Origin: an uncultured Methanosarcinales archaeon
Lineage (GTDB): Archaea > Nanobdellota > Nanobdellia > Woesearchaeales > 21-14-0-10-32-9
Direction of reading: 5' to 3'
DNA: 64,000 nt
NCBI GenBank assembly: GCA_964501945.1
Contig: CAZCTY010000002.1
Span: forward strand, 2,541-66,540
Shown: positions 41,690 through 51,636 of the stretch, one piece after another
How the letters are laid out: each line of letters opens with the position of its first letter
Position numbering within the stretch: the first letter of the stretch is position 1
Notes under the pieces: model-generated
What the model was told of the DNA's origin: nothing
The model's database searches: none
What the model saw: only the letters and a program-made list of their open reading frames with translations
Made by a program: the position numbers and the translations under genes

Positions 41690-42184
41690 TTAGAGAACCT
41701 CTTCTTCAATTTCCTCATTTACATTTTTTAGAGTTCTAGCTTTAGGAACAGAGTTGAATGCAACAAAATCTTTAACTTTCGCGCACCCAAGATAATCACT
41801 ACCAGATTTTAAAATAATAAAACCAGATTTAATACTAACCTCTAAGTCAAAGCCTTTGAGCCAAGAGTGCTTTTGCTCTTGACTAATCTCAACAACATTA
41901 CACATACAACTAGAACCAATTAACTGAGAACCCTCAATGCTTAAACGAAAACCATCAGAATAAAACTTACCAAAATAAAGACCGAGCGCATCAACCCTTA
42001 AAGATTCATGATTGATTAAATCAACATCTTTATTTATAATTAAAACCTTATCTTTTTTACTCAATAAGAAAGCATAATCAAGCGAGCCACTAAAACAAAA
42101 CTGCTCATCTAAAGCTTTAAAAATTTCTTTTCGCGCCTTAGAATTTAAAACCTCGTACTTACCAATAGTGTTCAAATCAAACAC
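41690..42184 (-). CDS. NIP7-like (UPF0113) pre-PUA/PUA ribosome-biogenesis protein
   Basis: 164 aa. GLYFGKFYSDGFRLSIEGSQLIG and a C-terminal GFIILKSGSDYLGCAKVK pattern resemble archaeal Nip7 homologues. Confidence 0.5.
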   Translation of the reverse strand: MFDLNTIGKYEVLNSKARKEIFKALDEQFCFSGSLDYAFLLSKKDKVLIINKDVDLINHESLRVDALGLYFGKFYSDGFRLSIEGSQLIGSSCMCNVVEISQEQKHSWLKGFDLEVSIKSGFIILKSGSDYLGCAKVKDFVAFNSVPKARTLKNVNEEIEEEVL

Positions 42185-43958
42185 CCCACACAGGGTTTTG
42201 CTTACGCTTTAACTCAGCGATATCCTTTAAAACCTCAAGCTCTAATTTAGTTAAATGCTTCTTTAATCCCTTAAGCTTTTTAAAATCCTCTTGAGATAAA
42301 TCAGTATAATAAATCTCGCCTTCAACTAAACATTTAGCAGCAGTTATATTAGGAAAACTAGCCGCGACTTGACGACCCTTCTCAGCTTCAGAAATATTTT
42401 TATTTTCAGATTGCATGCTTTTTACAACATCCACCCTATCTCCTTTTTTATCCATGATAAACGTTCCCTTCTTTAAATGACCCTCAATTACCTCAACACC
42501 TGCAATACACGGATTACACTGCCTAAAAATACAATTTTGCAAAACCTCAATTTTAGCAGGACGCTGAATTTTCTCAAGCTCTTTTGCCTCAATATCAGCT
42601 TTTACTTTATCAGACCAAAGCTTGTAATCATCAAGCAAAGAATAAATAATGTCACGAACAATTATTTTAACCTTATCAGTTGATGGCTCTTCTTTTATAT
42701 TAAACCCAAGAATAGCACTATTCAAAGGATCATCTTCAAAAGAAGACTCCGCATCAAGAGTATCTTTTTTAGTAATATTACCAATACTCGCGCGCCTAAT
42801 ATTAATGCCCTGACCTTTTAATAATTTAATTAATGCCTCAAGACTTCCAAGAGTGTCCGCCTTAACAATTAATCCCTTCCTATCAGCATCAAATGCGACA
42901 TCATCAACCTGCTTTTTTAAAGATGCACGAACAGAGCCCTCATCTTGATCCCTTAAACCAAGAATAGGCATACCCGCAACTACATCACCTGTAAAATCAG
43001 GACTTGAAATTTTAACACCCATCGCAGCAACAACTTGCTTGACAGATTTAAATTTAGATTTTTTATCACGCATATCCGCTAAAGCATCAGGCAAAAGAAG
43101 CGCTCTAACCTTTGCTTTAAGAGGCTCACCCATAGTACCAATTAAAATATTATCACCTGCCTTAAGCGAACCATCATAAATAATAGAATCAGCACAAAGA
43201 CCAAGACCCTTATCTTCTTTAACCTCGAGAACAATGCCTTTAGCAGGACCAGAAATATCCAATTTTAAATTTTGCTCCAAGAATTTTTGAGCAAGCCCAG
43301 TTATAACCATTAATAACTCATTTAAGCCGATGTTATCTTTTGCAGAACAAGGAATAATAGCAACTTGCTTAGTATAATCATCAACCCTATCAAAACGCTC
43401 CGCGCTAAGAGAAAACTTTTCATGAAGCTCCCCTATTAATTCATATATCTTTGTTTCAATAACAGTTTTAAGATCATCTCTTTGAGATGTGAAAGATTTC
43501 AAAAAAGAATCATCAACCCTCCTAAAGCCTTGAAATAAATCAACTTTGTTTGCAGCAATCACAAAAGGCGTTTTAAAAGCCCTTAAAATCTCAATAGCCT
43601 CAAGAGTTTGAGGCTTTAAACCCTCATTAATATCAACAACGACAATCGCAATATCAGCCAAGTTACCCCCACGCTTTCTCAAACTAGTAAACGCGGCGTG
43701 ACCTGGAGTATCAATAAATAAAATACCTGGAATAGTAATATTCATCTTTAAAGAATCAATGATAGGCCCGCACTTTTTACGAATAACATTAATAGGCATA
43801 ATAGATGCACCAATGGCCTGAGTGATAGCACCAGCCTCACCTCTAACAATGTTCGTGCCACGAACAGCATCAAGAACACTAGATTTACCATGATCAACGT
43901 GTCCTAGAACCGAAATTATAGGTGAGCGAATAGCCATAGAAAAAAGGATGAAGTACAC
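42177..43958 (-). CDS. infB: translation initiation factor aIF5B (IF-2 homologue)
   Basis: SPIISVLGHVDHGKSSVLDAVRGT, FIDTPGHAAF and ANKVD motifs. The likely true start is ATG 43937 (MAIRSPII). Confidence 0.92.
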   Translation of the reverse strand: MYFILFSMAIRSPIISVLGHVDHGKSSVLDAVRGTNIVRGEAGAITQAIGASIMPINVIRKKCGPIIDSLKMNITIPGILFIDTPGHAAFTSLRKRGGNLADIAIVVVDINEGLKPQTLEAIEILRAFKTPFVIAANKVDLFQGFRRVDDSFLKSFTSQRDDLKTVIETKIYELIGELHEKFSLSAERFDRVDDYTKQVAIIPCSAKDNIGLNELLMVITGLAQKFLEQNLKLDISGPAKGIVLEVKEDKGLGLCADSIIYDGSLKAGDNILIGTMGEPLKAKVRALLLPDALADMRDKKSKFKSVKQVVAAMGVKISSPDFTGDVVAGMPILGLRDQDEGSVRASLKKQVDDVAFDADRKGLIVKADTLGSLEALIKLLKGQGINIRRASIGNITKKDTLDAESSFEDDPLNSAILGFNIKEEPSTDKVKIIVRDIIYSLLDDYKLWSDKVKADIEAKELEKIQRPAKIEVLQNCIFRQCNPCIAGVEVIEGHLKKGTFIMDKKGDRVDVVKSMQSENKNISEAEKGRQVAASFPNITAAKCLVEGEIYYTDLSQEDFKKLKGLKKHLTKLELEVLKDIAELKRKQNPVWGV

Positions 43959-43998
43959 CTATAAAAATATAACTGAAAAAAAAGAAAAAAAAAGATTT

Positions 43999-45489
43999 TT
44001 AGAAATCTTCAACTTTTTTACGTTTAACCTTCCTAAAAACAGGAGGCGCAGATAAAACCCTACGCTCACGCTTGTTTTTAGTCTCAAACTTAGCACCAGC
44101 CCTTGGAAGAGTTAAATCCCCAACGACCCTAAGCTTAGATTTTAATTTATATGTAAAAATCCTCTCCTCAAAAGGCTCTAATTCATCTAAGTCCCAAAAG
44201 AGCATAGTGCCTTTTTTAGATGTCTTCGTAGTCCGAGACGGCTTAACATGACCTAACTGGTTAGATTCAATGTATGTTGTAATACCTCTAACCTTATCAC
44301 TTATAGTTAAGTTATTAACACTATTATTAGACCTATTCCTAATAAATAACCTAACCCTTAAATTAGAAGAACCCTCTTCCTCGTCCTCATCAACAACAGC
44401 TACTTCTTTTTCCACTATAACAGGACTTCTTAGTTTAAAGTACGCAACAACTAAAGCGATGATTAACAAAATAGCAAACACTAAAGGCCAATAATTAGTA
44501 GTTACAGTAATAGTTTTTTTCTCAGTAGGACTTAAAGTAGGCGTCCAAACCAAGTTATTCTCACCTTCAATCCTCTCAAAACTCGCAGCAGGATCAGAGC
44601 GAGAAAACAAGTTTTTAAACCAACTACTAGCAAGCTTAACCTCAGGGGTAGCTTCCCTATTACCAAAGTTTTCAACTTCAATTACATGATTTACTATGAA
44701 TAAAGCACTCCTAGACGTATCAAGCTTAGTTGGAGTAGACGAGTAACCCCTAACAGAAACAGTTTGCCTATCTTGAGATATAACACTATCAGTTCTAGGA
44801 TAATAAATTTGAGCAACAACTTCATACTCACCAGGCGCCTTTAAAGGATCCATAGAGAACACAAGCTCTTTTTCAATAGCATCCGCATCAGTTAAATGAG
44901 GTCCTGGCGGAATATCAATGACTTGTTCACCTTCAAATAAGTCACTTCTAATCCTAAGCTCAGCATCCTCAATGTTTAAAGGATTCCTATTTCTAAGTTT
45001 TACAAGAACACGAGCATTATCCCTAGGATCAATTTCATCAGCTAAAGATAAGGTTGTATTTACATTAGGAACAAAGTCAAAGAACAAACCATCAAAGCTT
45101 AGATGAACAGGAATATCAAGAACTTCTCTAAATTCTCCGCTACGCACGTTAAGATTTAACCTGTAAACACCAATAGGCGTAGCAGGATTAGGCTTGACAC
45201 TTAAAATGAAACTGTGCTCTGATGAGGCAGGCACTCTGACATTAGACGGATAAGATACCCATTTCAAAGAGTCACTAATAGATAACCCAAATGAGAAAAC
45301 CTTATCAACCGGTTCAAGATTTGTAATAGTTATATTATATTTAGCAGTCTCATCAGGACTTATCCTAAAATCAATATTCTCCCTTTCAATTAAAACATCC
45401 GATGCAGAAACACTCGGAATAAACGCAAAAAAAAGCGCTAATAAAAACAATACAAACACGTTAAATAGTAGTGACTTCTTTAATACCAT
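43999..45489 (-). CDS. bitopic surface protein: signal peptide, ectodomain of about 300 aa of beta-sandwich-like repeats, one TM, and a cytoplasmic DUF11/CARDB-like tail of about 145 aa
   Basis: Signal peptide LLALFFAFIPSVSAS/D. TM at aa 334-351 (WPLVFAILLIIALVVAYF) followed by KLR. The tail has LRVRLFIRNRSNNSVNNLTISDKV...MLFWDLDELEPFEERIFTYKLK. Confidence 0.55.
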   Translation of the reverse strand: MVLKKSLLFNVFVLFLLALFFAFIPSVSASDVLIERENIDFRISPDETAKYNITITNLEPVDKVFSFGLSISDSLKWVSYPSNVRVPASSEHSFILSVKPNPATPIGVYRLNLNVRSGEFREVLDIPVHLSFDGLFFDFVPNVNTTLSLADEIDPRDNARVLVKLRNRNPLNIEDAELRIRSDLFEGEQVIDIPPGPHLTDADAIEKELVFSMDPLKAPGEYEVVAQIYYPRTDSVISQDRQTVSVRGYSSTPTKLDTSRSALFIVNHVIEVENFGNREATPEVKLASSWFKNLFSRSDPAASFERIEGENNLVWTPTLSPTEKKTITVTTNYWPLVFAILLIIALVVAYFKLRSPVIVEKEVAVVDEDEEEGSSNLRVRLFIRNRSNNSVNNLTISDKVRGITTYIESNQLGHVKPSRTTKTSKKGTMLFWDLDELEPFEERIFTYKLKSKLRVVGDLTLPRAGAKFETKNKRERRVLSAPPVFRKVKRKKVEDF

Positions 45490-45589
45490 TATAAATTCCC
45501 TCCCTAGTATAATACATAAGATACGAAATACTATTTAAATATTTTTCTTTGAAAGCGCAAAAAAGAACGAAAATAAAAGATAAAACAAG

Positions 45590-47587
45590 TTATTCATATA
45601 CAATATCGTATTTTACAAGGAAACAATCAGCATCATCTTTAATGTTTGTAAACCTTTTTAATTTCTCAAGAAACGCATCCAAATCCAACGAAGAAGATAA
45701 TTCCTCAGAGAATTGAATTTCCTCATATTTTATCTCATCATGATTTGCAAACCTTGAGAGCTTTGAGAAAATAAAATCATCAGATAAAACAAAAAAACCA
45801 TCTCTGCGAGATAAAAAACCCCTATCCAATAAATTGTTGAGCTTTTCTTTAATACCAAAAGATAACCCTAGCTTTTGAATTAAATCCTCCTCACGAAATT
45901 TCTTGTTACTGAATGCAAACCTTAAAATACTAATTTCTATGCTATCAAGATTTTTAAGATCAGGAATTTTTTTAGATAAAAAATCATTTTTATCAACAAT
46001 TACCTCACCTGAAACAAGCTCAACGAGTAATGAATACTCCCCTTGCTTGTCTTGACATGAAAACTTTTTGCAAGGAACAAGAATGTTTTTAATTTGCCCA
46101 ATAGGCTTTTGACTCATAAGCATTAAATCTTTATGAGAAATATTAGGCTTTATTAAAGGCAAAACTTTTTTTTCATCAAAACTAGAAACTTTTTCCATAA
46201 AGTCCTCCTGCTTAGGCTCAAGTATTGAGTGAGCCTTACCACCATGAAGACTTAGCCTTGGACGAACATTTACAAAGAGAGGAACTTCTGTTAAGCCAGT
46301 TATTAAAGCAGTACCAATAGGTAAGTTCTGAATTTCTTTTTCAGCAGAACTTGTAAGACCCTCAACGGATGCACTAAGCGCCTTTAAATCATTAGGATTT
46401 GTAACTTTTAAAATAAGCTGAGTAGAACATTGACTTATAACAGATTTATCAACACGCGCAGGCCTTTGACTTATAGCACAAAGACCAAGACCGAACTTAC
46501 GACCCTCTGATGCAATGTTTCGAATAATCTTACTCGCCTTAGTCTCACCGAAACTACGCTCAGGACAATAGTTATGAGCCTCTTCAACGATTAAGAAAAA
46601 AGGAGGAACTTTGTTTTTTTTACGAAGCTCAAATAAATCTTTACAAAGCTTGTACACGATTATTTCTTGAACATCAGGATTTATACCTTTAAGATTTATG
46701 ATACTTGCTTTACCAGGCTTTAAAAACTCAGAGTAAGGCACAGGAGTTCCAGAAAAAATATTCATATCCTTTAAGTGCTCAATCATACTCATAATACTCC
46801 ACTTAGCAGAACTCTCCTCCATCTCCAAAGCATGCATTATAGAATTAAAATCAGACGTGCGCGCAGTTTTAAGCGCGCTGTATAAAAGAGCGAGCTGAGT
46901 ATTAGACATCTTACCAGGCATTAGATGAACAAGTTCTTGCTTATCAGAAGTCCTCGGAAGCCTTAGAGGACGCGCGCCTTTAACAATTTCACTATCACCA
47001 AATTCTAAGATGTCAAAAGATGCAGGCTTTAAATCAAGCCCAGCAAGTTTTTCAAGCTCACCTTCAACATCATTTTTAAACCTTAATGAAGAATACTCAC
47101 CGTGAGGATCAATTATTAATAAAGGAATGTTACGCTTAATCATTTCCTCAAGTAAAACGCCGACAGCATAAGATTTACCAGAACCAGATTTTGCGAGAAC
47201 AGCTAAGTGCATGGATAAGACCTTGTTTAAATCTAATGAAACTTTTATGTCCTTACCCTCAAGCTCACCTAAAAAAGCACCCTCATCACCATGAATTTTT
47301 ATGATTTCCTCGATGAAATCATCTTGAGCTTCAAGAACCTCAGAACCGATATCTAACGGGATTCTAAGCTTTTTAACAATACCATCTTCCCTAAACCCAA
47401 TGATTTGACAATAAGCAGTCGTAGAATTTAACTCTTTAAATACCTCAACTACTTGAGCTAAGACATAACCATACGCATTATGCATTACTTGAACATACTC
47501 AAATTTTTTAGGTTCAGTCTCCGCAATGAAAGTGAAGTCATTAGTCGTAGATTTTCCAGATATCTTGCCAAGAATCATAAAAACCAA
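45590..47587 (-). CDS. herA: HerA-family (FtsK/HerA superfamily, DUF87) ATPase with a C-terminal extension of about 200 aa containing a winged helix
   Basis: N-terminal HAS-barrel-like segment, Walker A LAKSGSGKSYAVGVLLEE, IIDPHGEY, Walker B FFLIVEEAHNY and SQRPARVDKSVISQCSTQLILKVTNPNDL. The tail includes LIQKLGLSFGIKEKLNNLLDRGFLSRRDGFFVL. Confidence 0.75.
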   Translation of the reverse strand: MVFMILGKISGKSTTNDFTFIAETEPKKFEYVQVMHNAYGYVLAQVVEVFKELNSTTAYCQIIGFREDGIVKKLRIPLDIGSEVLEAQDDFIEEIIKIHGDEGAFLGELEGKDIKVSLDLNKVLSMHLAVLAKSGSGKSYAVGVLLEEMIKRNIPLLIIDPHGEYSSLRFKNDVEGELEKLAGLDLKPASFDILEFGDSEIVKGARPLRLPRTSDKQELVHLMPGKMSNTQLALLYSALKTARTSDFNSIMHALEMEESSAKWSIMSMIEHLKDMNIFSGTPVPYSEFLKPGKASIINLKGINPDVQEIIVYKLCKDLFELRKKNKVPPFFLIVEEAHNYCPERSFGETKASKIIRNIASEGRKFGLGLCAISQRPARVDKSVISQCSTQLILKVTNPNDLKALSASVEGLTSSAEKEIQNLPIGTALITGLTEVPLFVNVRPRLSLHGGKAHSILEPKQEDFMEKVSSFDEKKVLPLIKPNISHKDLMLMSQKPIGQIKNILVPCKKFSCQDKQGEYSLLVELVSGEVIVDKNDFLSKKIPDLKNLDSIEISILRFAFSNKKFREEDLIQKLGLSFGIKEKLNNLLDRGFLSRRDGFFVLSDDFIFSKLSRFANHDEIKYEEIQFSEELSSSLDLDAFLEKLKRFTNIKDDADCFLVKYDIVYE

Positions 47588-47654
47588 GAATAAAGTTCTT
47601 ATTTATATTAGTTTGCACTAAAAGAAAAATTAATAAAAAAAAATAAAAAAAAAG

Positions 47655-47879
47655 TTATTTTTGATGAGGCTTCAACCTTTTAATCCCCATAGGCAAAACT
47701 CCTTGCTCAAACTCTTTTTTAGCAATATCTAAAGGATTATACTTTAATTCCTCTAATTGCTTTTTTGAGAGCTTGATTAAAAAAGGAGCACCCATGCTGA
47801 TTTGAAGAGCTCTCGCCCCAATCAATCTAGCTTTCTCATATTTAGTAATATGGCCTTTTGGAAGATCAATTTTAACCAT
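47655..47879 (-). CDS. rpoK: RNA polymerase subunit K (Rpb6 homologue)
   Basis: [22 protein letters not shown]...[16 protein letters not shown]. Its start codon abuts the rrp42 stop codon. Confidence 0.9.
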   Translation of the reverse strand: MVKIDLPKGHITKYEKARLIGARALQISMGAPFLIKLSKKQLEELKYNPLDIAKKEFEQGVLPMGIKRLKPHQK

Positions 47880-48665
47880 TTATTTCACCTCATCAATTAA
47901 AGCTCTGAGCTTTTTAGATGTGCTTATTGCTAAATCCACCATTTTCTCAACGTCGCTAATAGATAGAGAAGAATTTCCGCCTTTTTGCAAAGCACAAATC
48001 TTATCATCTTCTAAGACAGTAACAGTTAGGCGCGCATCAACAGCTTTCTCTTCCTCATCTGTAGGATCAACGATGAACAAATCCCCGATTTTACAAACAG
48101 TTACAGGAATAGGCACCTTTTGCATCTTTAAAGTTTCTTTAGATTTAGAATGATAATCAACGTTTCCATCCTTATCAACTTCAGGGAACCTCGCATTTTT
48201 AAGCGCAGCAATAGCCGCAACACCGCCAATGTCAATGAGATTACCATCATAGTTTAAAGGAACAACATCAATTGCAACCATCCAAACTTTCTCACCTTTC
48301 TCAACACAAAGAGATTTAGTGTCAAAAGATTTACTCTCACGAATACCCCTATCAATAACCCTCGCAGTTTCAATAGATTCAATACTTGGAGGGCCAGACT
48401 CAAAGTTAGGACTGCTAATAGGTAATAATTCAGAATTTACCATTAAAACCCCATCCTCCGGAGTGTCAGGGTAAGGAGTTCCTAAAGACATTTTAACCCC
48501 TGCTAGAACTTCTGCCTCACCACAAATAATTTTAGCAGAACCCTCAGCAGTAGATAAAAAACCAGCCTCAATGTTAATAGGTCTCAGCTCTTCAAGACCT
48601 CGACCATCAATTCTAATACCTTTTTTTAACGCGTTTCGTATATGTTCTTTTACTTCATGATTCAT
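47880..48665 (-). CDS. rrp42: exosome complex subunit Rrp42 (inactive RNase PH-like)
   Basis: GIRIDGRGLEELRPINIEAGFLSTAEGSAKIICGEAEVLAGVKM. It occupies the conserved position after rrp41. Confidence 0.85.
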   Translation of the reverse strand: MNHEVKEHIRNALKKGIRIDGRGLEELRPINIEAGFLSTAEGSAKIICGEAEVLAGVKMSLGTPYPDTPEDGVLMVNSELLPISSPNFESGPPSIESIETARVIDRGIRESKSFDTKSLCVEKGEKVWMVAIDVVPLNYDGNLIDIGGVAAIAALKNARFPEVDKDGNVDYHSKSKETLKMQKVPIPVTVCKIGDLFIVDPTDEEEKAVDARLTVTVLEDDKICALQKGGNSSLSISDVEKMVDLAISTSKKLRALIDEVK

Positions 48666-48675
48666 TGTGAATACC

Positions 48676-49380
48676 TCATACTTTTTTATACTTATTTTTC
48701 AAAGCATCTCTTTGAACTTCAGCAATTTTTTTAAGAGCAGGCTTTACCATTTCCATGCCCTCAAATAAATCTTCCCTTGAAACTATACCATCCATTTGAA
48801 GAAGAGTTATCTCCTCAGTGCTTGGAATCATAGCCACAGGGACATCAGCCGCTTCGTTTTCATCCATGTGCTCCTCAGGACCATCAAGGTCTACAAGCAA
48901 ATTACCTCTAACCATGCCAAAAGAGACAGATGCAACCATGTCTTTCATAGTTATACCCGCATCAGCTAGAGCAATAGCTGCAGCGCAAATACCTGCGCAC
49001 CTACTACCCGCGTTGGTTTGAGGCAACTCAATGAAAACATCAACTACTGTATTAGGATAATCCCTCAAATCAAGAACAGGCCTCAAAGATTTCTCTGTAA
49101 CCATGCTAATTTCCTTACTCCGACGAGACGGACCAGGTCTAACCCTATCCCCATCACCAGAGAATGGAAGCATACTATAATTACACCTAAGAACGCCCGC
49201 CTTAGGATCTTGCAAGAACTTCGGATGAAGCTCACGCGGACCATAAACCGCTGCATAAGCCTCAGTGTTCCCAATTTTAAAACGAGCAGAACCATCCGCT
49301 TTTTTAATAACGCCCGCCTCAGCTTCAATAGGACGAGGCTCATCAAATTTTCTTTTACTAGGTCTTTCAAATTTAGTCAT
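48676..49380 (-). CDS. rrp41: exosome complex exonuclease Rrp41 (RNase PH-like, catalytic)
   Basis: ADGSARFKIGNTEAYAAVYGPRELHPKFLQ..PGPSRRSKEIS..DVFIELPQTNAGSRCAGICAAAIALADAGI. Confidence 0.88.
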   Translation of the reverse strand: MTKFERPSKRKFDEPRPIEAEAGVIKKADGSARFKIGNTEAYAAVYGPRELHPKFLQDPKAGVLRCNYSMLPFSGDGDRVRPGPSRRSKEISMVTEKSLRPVLDLRDYPNTVVDVFIELPQTNAGSRCAGICAAAIALADAGITMKDMVASVSFGMVRGNLLVDLDGPEEHMDENEAADVPVAMIPSTEEITLLQMDGIVSREDLFEGMEMVKPALKKIAEVQRDALKNKYKKV

Positions 49381-50126
49381 TGTTGATCACCTTGATTATT
49401 TTGAGAATCATCGTTCTCTTTTTCTTCTAAATCAATTTTTTTACCAGTTTTCTTTTCAAGAAACTCTTTAATTTTATCAGTCATGCCCTGATGATGACTT
49501 TCAGCTTCAATTTTTTTGATTGTCTCAGATACAAGTACTTCCATTTCAGGAGAACCTTCAAACCAAATCACACCGTTTTGACCAATCATAATCTTACACT
49601 CAGTAGCGTTTTTAATCATAGAAACCATAGAACCTTTTTTACCGATGATTCTTGGAACCTTGCTAGGATTAACTCTCATAATCCTACCACCCCTAAGCTT
49701 TTTGAGACCAGGGCCTTTTGCAGTTACATCAATTAAATTTTGACTTGTAACATTTGTAATTTTAACCATTACATAATCTTCTAAATTGAAATACCTAGTA
49801 AGATCTGCTCCTTTTGCAATAAAGTCAAAACTAGCATCTTTTAGAGGTAGAACCGCGGAGTAAGGACAATTAATGTCAAGCCTCCAACCACTCATTAAAA
49901 TGTCATCTACTTTACCAATAATGACATCATTTTTTTGAGGTAAATACCTCCCACTCATAGGGATAGTTCTCAAAACCTTACCTTCAACTGCAAGCAAGCC
50001 AAGCCTGTTTGCAAGTATTTCATCATTTAACCTATACGTCCCATTACTAGGCAAATACTCAAGCCCCTTGGCAAGTACTTGGCCCGGGACTACAACTTCT
50101 TTGTCTTTTGCTAATAATTCTCCCAT
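49377..50126 (-). CDS. rrp4: exosome RNA-binding subunit Rrp4 (S1 plus KH)
   Basis: VVPGQVLA..GRYLPQKNDVIIGKVDDILMSGWRLDINCPYSAVLPL followed by KH-like IIGKKGSMVSMI. Overlaps rrp41 by 4 nt. Confidence 0.85.
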   Translation of the reverse strand: MGELLAKDKEVVVPGQVLAKGLEYLPSNGTYRLNDEILANRLGLLAVEGKVLRTIPMSGRYLPQKNDVIIGKVDDILMSGWRLDINCPYSAVLPLKDASFDFIAKGADLTRYFNLEDYVMVKITNVTSQNLIDVTAKGPGLKKLRGGRIMRVNPSKVPRIIGKKGSMVSMIKNATECKIMIGQNGVIWFEGSPEMEVLVSETIKKIEAESHHQGMTDKIKEFLEKKTGKKIDLEEKENDDSQNNQGDQQ

Positions 50127-50160
50127 TTTATTTTTTCACCTTTCATATTTTTTAAAAATA

Positions 50161-50898
50161 TTATTTCATTAAATCAACTTCAGCAGAGCCCTTTGTTTTA
50201 GCACCTAACTCCTCCATTATATCAGCATAAATCCCCGCGGGAACTTTAAGCTTGCAAACAAAAGAGCCATCACTAAGCCAATCCTCAGATTCTATTTTCC
50301 CCTGATTCCTTAAATAGCCTTGAAGCTTTGCAGCATATTGAACAGGCAACCTGATCTGCAAAGTTTTCTCCTCTATCCTAATAGGAATTACAGGTTTTAG
50401 CTTAGAGACAATTTCCTGAATTTGATCATCAGCACTCTTATACTCATCAATTTTCACCTTAGCCTCTTCCATAGCCGATTCAATCCTAGTAGATGGATGA
50501 GGAAGACCCGATTTAGGATCAATTGCGAGCCTGTGAATTTTGTAAATAATTTTCTTTTTCTTCTCCTCTCTGAGTTTTTCACGATGCTCAGCAGATAATT
50601 GAATTTCGCCTTGCTGAATAATTTTCAAAGCAACCTTAAAGTTATCAGTTGTTAAGAAAACTTTCTCCAAATCCACCTCGGATGCAAGCGTGCCTTTTTT
50701 AGCATCAGAGAAAATATTTTCAGATTTTAATAATTCAGATAAGTCTTCAAGAGAATCAGAACCCTTGTTTTTGAAATCTATTGCAAGATCAGGATCTACA
50801 ACTATCTCAAATGTTTTCCCAAACTTTTGAAACCTAACAAGGTTAAATTGAACTTTTTCATGCGTGAATATTTTTTCACCAACTCTCATAAAGACCAC
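50161..50898 (-). CDS. sdo1: SBDS (Shwachman-Bodian-Diamond / Sdo1) ribosome maturation protein
   Basis: LVRFQKFGKTFEIVVDPDLAIDFK, three-domain length, and conserved superoperon position. Confidence 0.85.
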   Translation of the reverse strand: MVFMRVGEKIFTHEKVQFNLVRFQKFGKTFEIVVDPDLAIDFKNKGSDSLEDLSELLKSENIFSDAKKGTLASEVDLEKVFLTTDNFKVALKIIQQGEIQLSAEHREKLREEKKKKIIYKIHRLAIDPKSGLPHPSTRIESAMEEAKVKIDEYKSADDQIQEIVSKLKPVIPIRIEEKTLQIRLPVQYAAKLQGYLRNQGKIESEDWLSDGSFVCKLKVPAGIYADIMEELGAKTKGSAEVDLMK

Positions 50899-50911
50899 CT
50901 CAAATTATTAT

Positions 50912-51628
50912 TTATTTACAAAATTTTTCAAGTTTCTCTTTTGAAACTTTTTCCATCTCTTTTGTTTTTAGAGGAATCACAGCCGCATCAAGCCTTTCTG
51001 CTTTAAAGTTATCATTTAAAACTTTTTTAAGCATTTTAATTGCAAGCTGCAAACCCTCATCCATAGTCATATCTTCTTTGTACTCAGCGTGCAACATTTC
51101 CTCAATGTCTTGCTCGCCTTCCCCGATAACAGTTGCTTTATATTGATAGTAAAGCCCAGTTGGATCAGTTTCAAATAAAGACATGCCTGTTGAGTCAATC
51201 CCTGCAACTAATAAAGATATACCAAAAGGTCTCAGACCACCAGATTGAGTGCAAAGTTGCTTTAAATTACACATATCTTTTATTATCGCGATGTTATCAA
51301 TAGGATTATCATATTCAACGCGGTGCTGCTGAGCTTTTACTTGAGAACGCTCAACTAATACACGAGCATCAGATAGTATACCCGCAGCTGTTGCCATTAT
51401 GTGATCATCGATTTTGAATATTTTCTCTATCGCATCAGGAACAACTAACTTATCAATTAATCTTTTATCCGTTACAAGTATTACCCCGTCTTTACAAACC
51501 ATGCCAATAGCTGTGTTTCCAAGACGAACAGTTCTCTTAGCATATTCAACTTGTAATAAACGCCCGTCAGGACTGAACATAGTTATTGCACGGTCATAAC
51601 CCATCATTTGGTGTTGTACTGGTTCCAT
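50912..51628 (-). CDS. psmA: proteasome subunit alpha
   Basis: YDRAITMFSPDGRLLQVEYA and GNTAIGMVCKDGVILVTDKR. Confidence 0.93.
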   Translation of the reverse strand: MEPVQHQMMGYDRAITMFSPDGRLLQVEYAKRTVRLGNTAIGMVCKDGVILVTDKRLIDKLVVPDAIEKIFKIDDHIMATAAGILSDARVLVERSQVKAQQHRVEYDNPIDNIAIIKDMCNLKQLCTQSGGLRPFGISLLVAGIDSTGMSLFETDPTGLYYQYKATVIGEGEQDIEEMLHAEYKEDMTMDEGLQLAIKMLKKVLNDNFKAERLDAAVIPLKTKEMEKVSKEKLEKFCK

Positions 51629-51636
51629 TCTTATTC

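Noticed and set aside
49018-49471. 122-aa, 95-aa and 68-aa ORFs overlapping rrp41
   Set aside because: They are alternative frames or strands of a gene with unmistakable RNase PH motifs, and they have no motifs of their own.
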